Below, piece by piece: positions 27,019 through 41,279 of a stretch of DNA of 64,000 bases; the first letter of the stretch is position 1; each line of letters begins with the position of its first letter. Made by a program: the position numbers and the translations under genes. Origin of the DNA: Eledone cirrhosa (Eukaryota); the NCBI GenBank assembly GCA_964016885.1, contig OZ024741.1, forward strand, positions 392,584,001 to 392,648,000. The letters run 5' to 3'. The notes under the pieces were generated by a model. That model was not told the origin of the DNA. It saw nothing but the letters and a program-made list of their open reading frames with translations, and searched no databases.

Positions 27019-27651
27019 AAAGAGATAGAAGGCTAAACAATGCAAAATGGACTGTAAGATGAGGTAACGAAAAGTAAAAGACCTGGTAATCTTTGTTTTG
27101 TTTTGTTGTTCTTTTATTTGTCCAATATTTCGAGACCTAAAAGTCCCTTCATCAGGGTTTAAGGGACTTTCAGTGGATAACATTCCAATTTCCTCTCTTT
27201 GGGATAAAATTTTAATTTTGATTAAAAATATTTCTAAGTCGTTTTCAAGCGTTTTTTTGCAAATAAATAATAGATTAGAACTCAGCACACTGTACTTGAA
27301 GTAAAAAGACACAGCCACAGGCACACAAACTAAACATTTCATAAAAAAAAGAAAATTGATTTCGCGAAATACTATATTGGCACTTGACGTCATTCACGTG
27401 GAAACCATCGGAAAACGCTTGAAAACGACTTAGAAACAATTTTAATCAAAATCAAAATTTTATCCCAAAGAGAGGAAATTGGAACGTTATCCACTGAAGG
27501 TTCCTTAAACTCTGATGAAGGGACTTTTAGGTCCCAAAGTATTGGACAGATAAAAGAAAAAGAACAAACAAAACAAAACAAAGATTACCAGGTAACTTTT
27601 CATTACCTCATCTTACAGTCCATTTTGCATTGTTTAGCCTTCTATCTCTTC
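27019..27651. repeat. Fold-back element (about 235-bp arms) with a PLE-type HHR-like motif in each arm
   Basis: 27019-27254 pairs with 27412-27651; left arm minus strand reads CTGATGA-agggac-ttttag-gtctc-GAAA-tattgg. Confidence 0.75.
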
Positions 27652-30410
27652 CAATGTTATATATTATATACAATGCTTCAAGCAAACTATAACATTTATT
27701 AATTGAATTCTTTGTTTTGATTTTACTGAAAATAAATTTCCTATTCTTTATCTTTTAATATGTTTAGTAAACTTTTCACTTTTAATTAAAACTTGATATA
27801 TAATTGTTTGATTTAAAAGAAAACAAAAAAAAAAGCACTGGTTAGAATATCGTAAATGACATTTATTCCAAGAAAACATCACCATTTTCATTGATATTTT
27901 CAAAAGGACATATAATATCTGACTGGGAAAAATAAACCCAATATATTTTCACATTTATGAAACATTTGCTGCAACAAACATCACGAAAGCACAAGTGGAA
28001 ATTAAGTAATCAAAATCTATCTTTTACATGAAAGTTGGAAATCAGATCAGTTTATCATTCAAAATGATACAGCAACTGTAAACGCAGCAAAAAGCAGATG
28101 AGAAATGGAAAGAAACATATAGAGTTTCATTCTCAGACACGTGACAAAAAGTTCCTGTACTAATAATAACAGAAGAGAAAAGCAACAGCTAGCCCACCAA
28201 ATAAGAACATTAGAAAACAAGAGATTGAAAGGACCTAAATAGATGTCATTACTTTCAGTTAAAACAATAAAAATAAAAATAGATAAGAGACAATGATAAT
28301 AATGAAAACCATGGTAGAAAATATAACATGTTACATACACACACAAAGAAGAAAGTAAATATTTAAAAAAATAAACAATGAAAACGCAGCTGGGTGGTAA
28401 CATGAATAAAAAAAGCGATAAAATAGTTGCCATATTGCTTGTATATGACCGAAGAATGAATGCAAGCAAATGAAGGATTTATATATATATATATATATAT
28501 AATATCTGGTTCAGAAATCAAAAGCCAATATAGGAGAAAAAAGAAGTGAGGGGAGGGATTTCTGTTAATGAAATAAAAAAAATGAATTGTTAGCTGAAGC
28601 AATTATTTGTAATATTGTATTCTTATGAAGCATTAACCTATATAAAAATATAGATTTCAAAATTGACATCTAGTTATCTATTAGTTATACTACAATTATC
28701 TATTGGTAAATAATTGCAAGGGCAATCAAGATCTTCTACAATAACTTTTCTTTCTTAGTATCAGAAAGTAACTTTCAATGAAATAGCTAACAATACTGAT
28801 GAACATTTAAAAACATTTTCATCACATCTAGTTTTGTAACATTGAAAATGATGATGATGATGATGAAAACTAACCATAAAGCTTGTTATTTTGACTAAAG
28901 AATAAATGAAAAGTATTATAAGGATCTTAAACTACCAAGTTTGCTATGTTTCTAAAACATTTTTATTCTTTTGTTTACAATCTTAAATTCTCAAACATCT
29001 CTAGGAATTTTTCCTATAACAGAATCTCTAATGTAAACTCTGGAATCTGATGAAAATACTGATAGCCTGTGTCAGCAACAATTAGTCAATAAGAGAGGAA
29101 TTTGATAAGTTGAATTGCTAACATTTTAGTTATTGCCCCTCATCTGAGAATTATTAAAGAAGAAAAGTGATGTTGTCACTTGAGCTGGAGATAAATAAAA
29201 ATGGGAAAACATGTATCACCTCTAGCTAACCATGCTTTAACTTTGTTAGCATTTTCAAAAAATTAGTTCAATTGTATATACATAACTCTCAAGGCAAATA
29301 GTAGTGGTTTACAAAAAGATGAATCAATTCAACCAATATATGTGAAGTGAAATATGAGTATCATAAGGAGACAAGAAATATTATTGTTTGGGGCTGTACC
29401 CTTCGTGCTCCACTTTATACATAATTTCTTAATCTTCTCTGGTCACATTCTTTTACATATCCTCACCTATTTCCTCTTAACAATATTGATCCTACCAAAT
29501 GCTATTTCAATTTATACATTAACCCCTTAGCATTTACATTACTTTATATATACTATTATATTTTCATGGTAAAGGCTTTACCACACATAATTATCTCACA
29601 TAATATTGAATCTATGAGATTTTGATATTATTTATTTTGAGAACAATACCTTAACATCAGTATGAGTGGCCAGTTACAGCTGGTTTGAACAGAAAGAGGT
29701 GAGAGAATTCTGGCCAAATACAGCCTGTTTAAATGCTAAAGGATTAAGAACTGATTATATGTTATAATACCTTATCCTACAGATACTCTTAATGTATTTG
29801 ACTACATCTTTATCAGATTATTATGTGTACTTGATGATAGAGTCCATGTTTCTGGCGGTTTTGAGATTTTATTCTCAAATGTTCATTTTGCTAAATTATT
29901 TTGGAATCATGTTGTTGCTATTATCAGGTCCCAAGTTAGCTATAATCCGATAGATAGATAACTAGAGTGGTTCCAGATGTGACTATCCCATCTCCTTTTT
30001 AGACATTATGACTATAAAATAAATTGCCAAATGTGTCCTTTGTTTTTAAAGAAATAGGCTCTAATTTGAAAGGAATTTGGTTACTACTTCTAGCACCATA
30101 TAGAAGCCTAAATTGGTAATTATGTTATTTTATATGGTGGAACCTATTTTCATGAACTAGTATCTATAGGCAATAGCCAATAATCTGATATGAAATTATA
30201 TCTATCTATCTATATACATACACATATATATATATATAACCACACTGTAAACGTGGTTGGTGTTAGGAAGGGCATCCAGCTGTAGAAAACCCGCCAGACA
30301 GTCCTATGCGAGCAAGACAACCACTCTTGCCTCAAGTAGGAAAACTCCCGTCCAAACCCATGCAAGCGTGGAAGATGGACGTTAAACGATGATGATGATG
30401 ATATATATAT

Positions 30411-31695
30411 ATTGTTATACTTGGGGAGAGTCATATTTGTGTAATAATATTGCCAGAATTAATAACAGAACACACTCACTGTTTGGTTGGTTTTCGCTTC
30501 TGTGTCTTTTATATCGGTTAATTTAATTTATTCGGTCCTCAATGTTACCATTGACTGACCAACGGTCAAAAATACAGATACAATATAGACACAAACACAT
30601 ATATATAGTCTAACAAAGTTCTTTCGTTGCACATCTGCAACATCGTCAGTGGTGCTATTATGTTTCCTCCCGTTGTATTGTATGCCTACGCCATCTTTAT
30701 TTAGTCTGTTTATTTGTTTATTTTTTTTTTTTGTCTTCTCTGTGCATGCGTTTGCGTGTGTGTATAGTGTTTTGTTTGATGTGTGTTTGTGTTTGGGTAA
30801 CTGTGTATTGGCTATTGTATTCTATCTTAGTTTACTAGTGTGTGTTTATATGTATTTGTTGTTATTGTGCTTGTGTATGTATTTATTTATTTATACTTCT
30901 CTTAGGTCAGTGTTGTTTGTTTGGGTGTTGTTATTCCATTCATTTTTTCTGTTTAGCCTTGGCCTTCTAAGTTCTATTTTGCTGGCCTCTCTGATTTGCC
31001 TATCTGCTAGGTCATTTCTATGTTTAGATATTATTCTAATTTCTATGTTGTCTATGTTACCGTCGTGTTGTTGGTGGCATGTTCGTGTAGTACTGAACCG
31101 TTTTTTCGTCCTTTTACTTCCCCCCAGTGTTGGTCTATCCTTTCACCTATGCTACGAGCTGTCTCGCCTATGTATGTTGTTGTCATGTTTCTGCAAGTAC
31201 CCTCTGTACATCTTATGCTATAGACTACGTTTCTAGTTTTACAGTTTATCCGGGGTTTACTTTACATATAATACATTTCCTATTAGTACAGTGGGTTTTC
31301 TTAAAAGGGTAGGTTTTGCTGATCAGGGATTTTATGGTGGTTCCTGGCTTTTCTACCACCTTAATCTTTAAGTGGGTCTTTCTCAGGGCCTTTCTACACT
31401 GGTTAGCTAATTTCCCTCCAGGGGTAACGTCCACAAACATGACACTTTGGTATCTCTGGTTGTCGTACCATGAGGTGGCTTTCCCTATCTTATGTCTAGT
31501 CCTATCTAAGCTATTCCATGATTTGCTCCTGTATAATGGGCAAATTCCTTTCATGTCCAGTTCTATGAGGGTCTTATACTTCTCTGTGGCTCCTTCGTAT
31601 ACTCTGATTCTGTCTCTTTGGTTGTAGCCAGAGAACTGCATGCGGTTGATGAAGTGTTGGATGTGTCTTTCCATTTCTGTTGGGTCGCACATGCA

Positions 31696-31697
<2 letters not shown>
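30411..31697 (-). mobile_element. 5'-truncated Penelope-like element, family B (RT C-terminus, GIY-YIG, pLTR)
   Basis: RMQFSGY, SVMFVDVTPGG, IKVVEKPG, VVYSIRC..YIGETARSIGERI.QH; both ends in (TA)n. Confidence 0.9.
30614..30651 (-). ncRNA. Minimal type I HHR in PLE-B pLTR
   Basis: ca-CTGACGA-t-gttgca-gatg-tgcaac-GAAA-gaac-TT-tg. Confidence 0.7.
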
Positions 31698-31738
<41 letters not shown>

Positions 31739-31740
<2 letters not shown>

Positions 31741-31902
31741 CGAAGGAAGTGTGGTAAGGAACCAGATGGACCAAAACGCACCAGAGTACTCAATACTTTG
31801 AGTGGGTAATAGGAAAAGGTTCAGAACCCCGACAGCAGAGCTCAAGAAATAGCCGTTGAAATGGCTTGAGCTCTGCCGTTGGGGTCCTGAACCTTTTCCT
31901 AT
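31739..31902 (-). mobile_element. Short pLTR-like insertion with inverted end (same family as 59211-59408)
   Basis: 31809-31846 pairs with 31865-31902; shares the gtattgagtact..ggttccttaccaca..ccttcgttat end. Confidence 0.75.
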
Positions 31903-31958
31903 ATATATATATATATTTCTTAGACAATATAATTTGTTATAAAGCTAGGAAAGCAGAG

Positions 31959-32045
31959 GTGATGATGATGATGATGATGATGCTGGTGATGATAATGATG
32001 ATGATGATGATGTTGATGATGATGATAATGATGATGATGATGGTA

Positions 32046-32085
<40 letters not shown>

Positions 32086-32101
32086 GGTTGATGATGATGA
32101 T
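31959..32101. repeat. Imperfect (GAT)n microsatellite
   Basis: Direct reading. Confidence 0.95.
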
Positions 32102-32452
32102 AAGAATAGTAGTCGGTGGTGCATTGGCAGAAGTGGTAGAGTGTTGGACAAAATACCTTGTAATATTTAGTTACAACCCTTTCCAGGGTCAATAAAATAT
32201 AATACCAGTCATATACTGGGTTGATTTATATTTCTATAATACATCCTAGATTAGTTCTTTAGTTTGTTTTAGACATCAGAACCACAGCCATGCTGGAGCA
32301 TTGGCTAGATCTGAATGGAATTATAATAACTGTAAGCTTAGTTCAGTTTCTTATTAGGGATAATTTGGATAGACTTTCATTTGAATTCTCTAAAAGGTGA
32401 CAAGACTTGTAATATTGTATAGCCCCAGGTAAAAGAATGACATTAATGATAT

Positions 32453-32631
32453 GTGGATTGGCAGTATCGGTAGAGGGTCGGACGCCATGCTTTCCAGCAT
32501 AGTTACGTCCCTTTACGATCTGAGTTCAAATCCCGCCGAGGTTGACTTTGCCTTTCATCCTTACAGGGTTGATAAAATAAAGTACCAGTAATGCACTGGG
32601 TAATTGCTGGCCTTGTGCCTAAAGTAGAAAC
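32453..32631 (+). mobile_element. SINE family A copy with target-site duplication
   Basis: Near-identical to 1958-2140; TSD attaatgatat on both sides. Confidence 0.9.
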
Positions 32632-35600
32632 AATTAATGATATAAGTAAAATGTAATATCTATAAGTGGAAATGTACCAAATCATTTGATTGTTTAATGC
32701 AGTAATAGAAATATGTCTATATTACTAGAACCAGCCAAGTTCTCAATTTTCTATTTCTGGTGTTACAATTTCTATGTTTAACTCCTCAAATTAGTGAATA
32801 GAACAATTTCTCTTAGATACATCACAATTTCATGCATTCAACCTTTTGTCATTGGGACTCAGTATGCCAGTGAGTGATTCTATATATTCCTTCTTTCCTG
32901 TCTTTTTTAGAGAGGAAGCACTGTTTTCTGCTCCTAGCAAATATTTAAGCACTATCTTCTGCTATTTACATATACCTTCTTCCAAGCACAGCCCCTTATA
33001 TTTTCATTTTGTTTTTTGTTTCTTTATACAACTATGTTATGAAGATAATTGAAGCCTGGGTCTTAAGTGTAAAGTCGTTAGTCTCTCACGTATCAAATGT
33101 TAGTAACCCTCTAAACCATTAACGTTTTCATTACCATATTTCTAATGAAAGACACTGCATATGGTTTTCAAATAATCAAGAATTTTGAGTGATTTAGTAA
33201 TATAACTAACTTTCTCATTTTAGGCTGGTATTTGGAACATAGCTAAACATAAGTTCTTATATGAAATCATGTTAGAAGGATTTTAGAACACTTAAAAATA
33301 TACAATTTTGTATTGTAGAACTAGGGGTGGTTTCAGGCAGTCTGGTATCATAATAGTTATGTTAGGTTTAGTGGTGTATTCAGTTGTATCTCGCTAAATA
33401 ATATGGGAAGAGAAATTACATATTTCACTTGAAAATTAAAATTGGCCATAATAAATTTAATAAACATACACATTTAATAACGATCGAATCTAAACTATGT
33501 TATACTTAATTAACTGGTTATTCATAACAATATTACATGACTACTTTTACTAGGTTGTCTTCTCTAAAGAATTAGCAATTTCATTTTCATATCTTACTGT
33601 TTCATTGTATTAAGAAACAACTATGGCTCTTGTTTATAAATGAAGTGCACAGCTTTCTGCACTGAAGAATATGTGTACTATTGGGGAAAAGTGTTTTCAT
33701 CTTTTGTTTAACTAGTGCATTTCCTATTTAACAATTAATTTGGATTAGAGCTATTCTCGAAATAACTTCTCTGCAGAATTCTTTATCTGTTGCCTAATAC
33801 CTATAAACAGATAACCTGGTTTACACTTTAAATTAATGGAAGAACTGTAACAGAATGTTGAAATTTGAGAACAGTTTAAGTAGCTCAGCATGAAGATTCC
33901 AGAGAGTAACAGGAACAAGAAGGGGTACAGCTTATAAATTAGGCAATGCACCTTCTTGTTACTACAATCATTCTCAAATTTCAACAGCTTGTTGGTTCTT
34001 TTCTTGAAGTAACATTGCTTGTGTATCAGTAGTTTGGAAAGCAGCATATGTTTAATTCTACAGTAATGACTATAAGAATAAAATGACAAGATAAAGTAAA
34101 AAGTAGACCATTAGCAAAAACTATGATTTACTCTTTCTCTCTCTTCAAAAGTTTGCAGTCCTGCATTTTGACACATGAAATTCATCAAAATTTGTTTCAT
34201 GTGTAGTTCATAAATTGTAGCTTGGAGAGCAGTGTTAGTGTTTTAATCGTTAGTATACTAGCAGAATAGTTACTTTCATAAGGATTCCAGATCATGGTCT
34301 CTGATTAACTGGTCTGATAAAGTTTTAATCTTGTTTCTTTCTTTAAATCACTGCTCCTGACTTTACATAAAATGATTGCTATTGATACACAATCACTCAG
34401 CTCTTAACTAATGGACATATAATCAATACAATATCTATTTCATTACAAATCTACAACAAAGACAGCAAAACTGCCAGCTAATGAGAAATTCGCACTTTGT
34501 CTATTTATGAATATAGACATAATAGCTTCCACTCACCAGCAAAATTACTAATGTCATTGCAATCAACTAATTAATAAAAAACAACAACAAAAAACAAAAA
34601 AAACTCCAATTAAGAGACAAAGTGAAGAGAATGGAACAAACTAAATGAATGATAAACATAAATATAAACAATAATAAAACAGAAATACTGACAATTTTTC
34701 AAATCAACTCATAACCATAGCAGAGACACAAATACAAAACTGATAGAAAACATTAATAACATCATATTAGTAACATCACATTACATGCTGTGATCAAACA
34801 TTGAACAATGCAAAAAAACATTCCCATTGATCACTTCAGCATGATCAGCCATTGCAAACATTGAAATGTGGAAAACAATTTTTGCATCCTTTATATTAGT
34901 ATATATCATCTGGACTTCTTCAAAGGCTAGAAACGTTTAGATGTCAATGTCTGTTGTTTTTTACATGATTTTCAGCTTCCATTACTATCTCTGCAATGCT
35001 TTCAACCTCTATCTTCATATATAAGATTGATTACATAAGAAATAAACTTTTATCAAATATCCTTTTTTCCACCAGAGATGTTAGCTAATTATTTCCTTAT
35101 TTTCCAATATTATCTTGCCAGCAACAATGAGTGATTATAGTAATTCTATATCAAATAGTAGCTCTCTTTTATTACATATGCTGTATAAGGGTGATGACTG
35201 GCAGAATTGGTAGAGCAACAGACAAAATGCTTTGCAGTATTTAACTATGCCCCTTCACATTTGAGTTTGTATACTGTTTTGGTTCACTTCATCCTTCATC
35301 ATTCTGGTCAATAATATATGTACCAGTTAACTACCAGATTTGATTGAATCAACTGTCTTCCGCCAACATCCAAAGCCTTGTGCTGATGTTAGAAATAATT
35401 ATGTAATATACAATATTTGATATCTCTATATCATTTATTAATTATTGCCCTAGAAATATTAAATTGAACCCATTCAAAATGGGCATTAAGCAGTTATGAT
35501 GATGATGATTATATTGGCATATCATGTACGTGGTATTTCAGTAACCCTAAATATATATGATGTTCCTTTAATTGTATCCACTAACAATCATTTCTTCTCT

Positions 35601-38563
35601 TGTCTCTCATATTGTATCCCCAGTCCCTGCACAGACCCAGAACATCACTCCACTGGAATTTTTCCCATCCATATTTTTAATGTAGCATCAACTTGTTACT
35701 GTTCATGTGGAACATTAACTGCACTAATCTCACTGCTCTTGGAAAACCTGCAAACCCCTTTCTTACAGATCAAATCAATAAAAGAAATATGGATTATTAT
35801 GCTTAGTATAAATGGTATAATTTACAAAATTAGTTGAACCAAACAAACATATCACCATGCTCTTCAGTGTTATTACATGCTGGAACATTATATAATGCAT
35901 TTCATTCAATATTTTTTCAAAGGGTACAATCTATTCACACAACTTTCTATATTACCTACCCTAACTCTCTATATTAAAATACTATACATTCAAAGATATT
36001 CTCATGGTCTGCCAAATTAAACTATCCTTAATTCTATAAGACTATTGTTTACCAAAACAACATCTCAATACAAAAACAAATGTATAACAGTAGTATCAAC
36101 TCACACTTCTAGAAATTTTTTGGAAGACATAGGGTACAAAATGTTTTCACCTTATCTGTCAGTGCATCACATACAGGATGACTGAATTTATAGTTTTACT
36201 AGATGAGAAGAGCTTCATTCTTTATTTGTTATATCTATTGATCAACCACATGTCTTCAATCAAACCAGCTTTTAACAGCTAGTCAACAGATTTAGAAAAA
36301 TGTTCTTAATGAAATTGAGTGGAATTGATTGTTAGATTAAAGCAGACCCTTTTGGTTTGTAGACCTAACATGATGTCCAATTTAGCACCAACACTTGAAT
36401 CATTGGCATCTTTATTGGAGTCTAATCTGTTGTAAGCATTAAGACTATGTATCTGATGTAAGGATAATTTGATATCTTGATACCATACTTTTTACTGCTA
36501 TAACTAATGAGTTGTGGTTTCTTTCTCTTCTTTTTGAATGACACGAAAAATAAAAAAAAGATGGTTGCAGCCATGATGCTAGGATTATATGGTCAATTAG
36601 AATACATATTGTTACTGTATATACAGTAACAATAATAATTTTAGCTTGAATATTCAACAATGATTTCACACATGAAGTTATCATAAATGTGCTTAATTCA
36701 GACAGCCAAGCAATCATTGAACAACCATGATCTTTTTTCTAACTTTCAATGCAATACTAACAAAGTTAATCCAATATTTTATGACAATCAGATATGTTGT
36801 TTTAAAATGGTTTTTGTACAATTATAATAAACCTTTTGTAAAATCCTAGGGGATTACTGCTCAATATGTCATTTTCATTGTGAAATTTATGTCTTAAGCC
36901 ACTAGGTTTTAATTTAAGTATGAATACTTTCCTAGAACCAGAAGTAGTCATTGATCAGTTAGTGTAAATAGGTTGGTCAATAAACTGAATAACATATTTT
37001 TCTGTTACTCATTTAATCTAGAAAAATATTTAAAAAAACATTTATACTACATTTAAAAGCAGTTGTATTTTCTTTACTACTTTTTTTTTGCATTTTGTAT
37101 TGTATTATATTTATTTATAAAAAAACTATTGAGGGTAATAGGGATTAAGTTTACATTTGGGTGGTAATGGCAGTGCCTTAATAAAATACTCAGTAGATGC
37201 CATGAAGGCTCTCCAGTCATAGAAACCATGGTGCAAATGGAATATATGTGCAAGACACAATCATCTGACAACCCATCTAACCTATGTAAGCATGGAAAAT
37301 AGACATTCAATGATGATGATGATAATGAGAATGTTGTTTGGGGATGATCAACAATATGTTTCATTTTATAGATTTTTGGATCAGGTCATTCTTGAGTGCT
37401 ACTGGTAGCATGTAACCCACTACAACCAGTCTCATGGTCGGGTCATCGGCGACTAAACCGTCAACCCCACCAAGTTTACTTGGTGAAGAGGGGGATTTTG
37501 GACACCCTGCAAGACTACAAACAAAACAAAAGCTGACAAAGGGCAGAAGAACTCATAATAGTCAACAGCCATCTAAAAAAAAAAAATGACAAATCAATGG
37601 ATGGCAGTAGTTCCAGTTCCACGCATCGGAAGACTGGTGTAGTGGTTCTTAGAATAATGCGGCTTTGCAGATGATCAATGCAAATTGACAATGGAAAGGC
37701 GCTCCTGCTTGAGTTAGAAGAGAACTATTGACTTTCAGGAGAAGCACCGACCATTGATTGTATTCAGCAACCGAAACAAAACAAAATATAGATTTTATCA
37801 GAAAGATCAAAGATATTAAAATATGATATGTTATGAATCTTTGGGTTTCATTAAGTTGAATATAATTAATTTATTTATAGATAAATAGGTAGCATATTTG
37901 AATATCTTTGATTTTTCTGAAAAATTCTATAAAATAGAACATATTGTTGATTATCCCCAAACAACATACTCATTATCATCATGGGGGGGGGGGGGGGGGG
38001 GCTTCTTTTCTGAGTGAAGGAATGACTGTATAATGCTTGTGTGTGACATATCATATTTCATAGTAGAGAGACATGGACTCAGAATGTGGAGGACATATGA
38101 AGTGATTGGAAAAGAATTGAATCATATTCAAATGAATAAAGTCCAAAAGTTATTCTAGGAAGCATATTTGATTATCTTTGAAAGAGGACGACAGGCCAAA
38201 GTGAAACTCTCACCATTACATGATTGCATGTTGACCTTTCAGAGTCCAAAGCAGCAAATCATGTAACAGTGAGATTTTCACTTTGGCCTGTCGGCCTCTT
38301 TCGGCGGTTACAGCGCCTTTCTTTACTTCTTAAAATTCTTAATTTTGTTGGTTATTTTCTTTGACTTGTCAACCCAGCTTAACTTTTGTAATCGGTTGTA
38401 AATAAAACTTGTAAAATATTATAGTCTCGTAATATTTTCTACAAAACCTACAACCGAACAACTACTACTTCAACAAACATTCACTTTACGGCTAACTTTG
38501 TCTCTCTCTCATTTAACAAACGTTACGTTTCTCACTATAACAAATAACAACAATAAAACAATA

Positions 38564-41000
38564 AAACTGCTGTTGCTACACCTTCCGGTGCACTCAAGTT
38601 TTTACGCAATGCTGCCAGTACCTTCCAGCGATTTATGGACGAAGTCGTCCGTGATTTAGACTTCACATACTGTCACATCGACGATATTCTCATCGCGAGT
38701 GCTTCACCTCCGCCAACTGTTTCAACGATTTAGGCAGTACCAAGTTCGTATTAACCCTACGAAGTGTATTTTTGGCGCTGCTTCACTCGTCTTGTTGGGC
38801 CACGTGATTAACTCTGAGGAAATATCCCCACTTCCTGAGAAAGGGAAGGCTCTTCAGGAACTCCCTCCGCCTACTTCCTTGTGACAGTTGTGGCAGTTCC
38901 TGAGCCTCCCAAATTATTATCACTGGTTTATTCTGCATTGCGCAGAACACTTAGCTCCACTGTCTGATCTCTTACATAACAGAAAGAGGAAAAATGAACC
39001 AATCGCTTTGGGTCCCATGCAGCTTGAGGCATTCTCCAAAGCTAAACAGAATTTAGCAAACGCATCTCTGCTTGCACACCCTGTGTCTGGTGCCCAGTTT
39101 TTTCTGGTTGGGGGATGCATCAAACACAGCTGTAGGTGCAGTATTGCAACAGCAGTTTTAGGAATGTCTGCAGGATTCACAGTCAAATTTCGAAAAAAAT
39201 GGTACATCCATGAAGAGAAGAAGCCAAATCCTGAATGTGAGGGATCGGATAATAGTCAGGCACAGTGATCGAATTCAATCTCCGAAAATCTCCAGTGCGA
39301 CGCCAGTATCCGGAACCATATGCAGAGGTGAGGCCCACAGACTGGAAGAAGGATGAACGATACCCAACTGCAGCATATAATTAAACTCTGCCTTAGCCGC
39401 TTTCAATTTTTCTGGAGAGAGACGACACAAGCGTGAAGAACTGGAGCACCCTTAGTCTCAATAAAATGCTTGGTAGAGTGAGTAGGAATATCTACCACAA
39501 AGTTCAGATTAGTTAATTCTGGAAAGGAATGTAAAAGCGCATGATAAGGGTCATCAAAAGCAGCGTTGAAGAAGACTGGAGTGATGGACTGGATTACTAA
39601 TGTACGTCCAGGCACAGAAAGAGCCGTAGTCGCGTCCAATAAACGACGTGTCTGCATATCAACCATAAGATTATAATGATGCAAAAAAGTGGCACCCAGT
39701 ATAGGATAGGGCAAATCTGCTATGGTGAAATCCATGTGAAATCCCTACGTAAATTCAGGTCCAAAGAGCGAGAGATTTGTCCATACGTAGGAATAGCAGA
39801 ATGGTTGATGGCTTGTAGCAAAATCTGTGAGAGGAGGTTTCTCTTTCAAAAGCTTCAATGATCAAATGCTGCACAACGCACCTGTGTCAATGAGACAGCG
39901 TGCGTGAGAGAAGGAACTCGTGATAAAAAAATGCACAACTGTTCGCGTAAGACGGCAGAGAAGATGCCGTGCTCAATTCTCTTCGTTTCCCTGTTTGACC
40001 AAAGGAACAAGGCTGGATACACTTATGAGCCACAGCTCCAAAACGCCTATGATACCAGCATAATTGCAATAGCGAAGGTCGAATACGACGATGTGACGAT
40101 TGCGAACGATTTCGAAACCGTTGTCAGGGAGATTGTCACCGGGAGAAGCGTAGGAGTTGCACCTCTTTTGTTAATTCTCGAATGGCCTTAAGTGCCTCAG
40201 TGGGCGATGTAGCATCTGTAGATACCGATGCAATTGGCGAAGATGAAGAAGAATTTGCTGTGAGTCGCGTCGGGGTAGAAGTTGTGTTGACATGTCAAAC
40301 AAAAGAACAAACAATATTAAATGTTCTAAGTATTGACACGATTATTGACATTATTGCACATGAGGAGTTGTTTAGCTTATTGTTTAGCAGTGAAATAAAA
40401 GAAACGTTTTTTCTCCTCTGTTCTTACTGCCAAGGGAAGCAACCCTTATAATATCATTAACAATGGGAAGCAACTCTCTACCAATTTATATCGATGACGT
40501 CCGAATTTGGCATGCATAAATAGAATCTTATTTTCTGGCCAATAATATATATTCGGTTACTCCATCTTTTACTCAGTGCCATTCCTGCTTCCTTAACGCC
40601 AGCTGTTAAGAATTTAATCACTGACCCATTCATTGCCTGAAGCAACTTACAACAGCATAAAGAAAGAAATACTTCAGCTTCAGCATACCTCTATTTCAGC
40701 TGAAAAGAAGTTCCGTACTTTGGTAAACGATGAGCATATTGGCGATCGTCGGCCTACACAGCTCTTGCGTAGAATGAGAGAGCTTTCAGAAGATTCACCG
40801 GCAGACCAGACAGTATAATGATAAAGCAGTTGTTTTTCTCAAGGTTGACACCTAATGTGCAGGCCATTTTGGCACTAATGATGGAGACCAGTTCGGCGGA
40901 TCAACTAGCTTCGTCCGCCGATAAGATCGTAGACTATACCGGCTACCAACTACACCACTACTAACAGCAGCAGAAGCAACAAGGCCGACAACTGTGGCTC
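38564..41000. mobile_element. Rearranged Ty3/Gypsy LTR retrotransposon relic
   Basis: Plus 38564-39155: RT/RNase H (NAASTFQRFMD, HIDDILIAS, KCIFG, DASNTAVGAVLQQ). Minus 39145-40300: gag knuckle CWYHRRFG..HKC..PC, protease LIDTGA, RT N-terminus PADIPKTAV. Plus 40460-41000: gag N-terminus IGDRRPTQLLRRMREL. Confidence 0.85.
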
Positions 41001-41279
41001 CATCAGCAGCAACTGACGCAACAGTGACAGCTTTATAGTTATATCACCGCAACTACCATCACAACGGAAAGCAGTATCACCTACAGCTTCTGGTAATACA
41101 TTTACCACTATGGCGACTACCACAGCTTCGACACAGCTACAATGATGTCCCCAGCGACTATCACAACAGCAGCTGCAGCATCATTGACAACAAGTTATAT
41201 TACAATTAACTTATATTCTTTTCTTATTAATGTTATGCCAAACCCTGCTAAACCCTCATCTGGTGCATTTACCAAGATA

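Noticed and set aside
30649-31236. 195-aa hydrophobic ORF resembling a membrane protein
   Set aside because: It is the antisense of the A-rich PLE-B endonuclease and 3' region.
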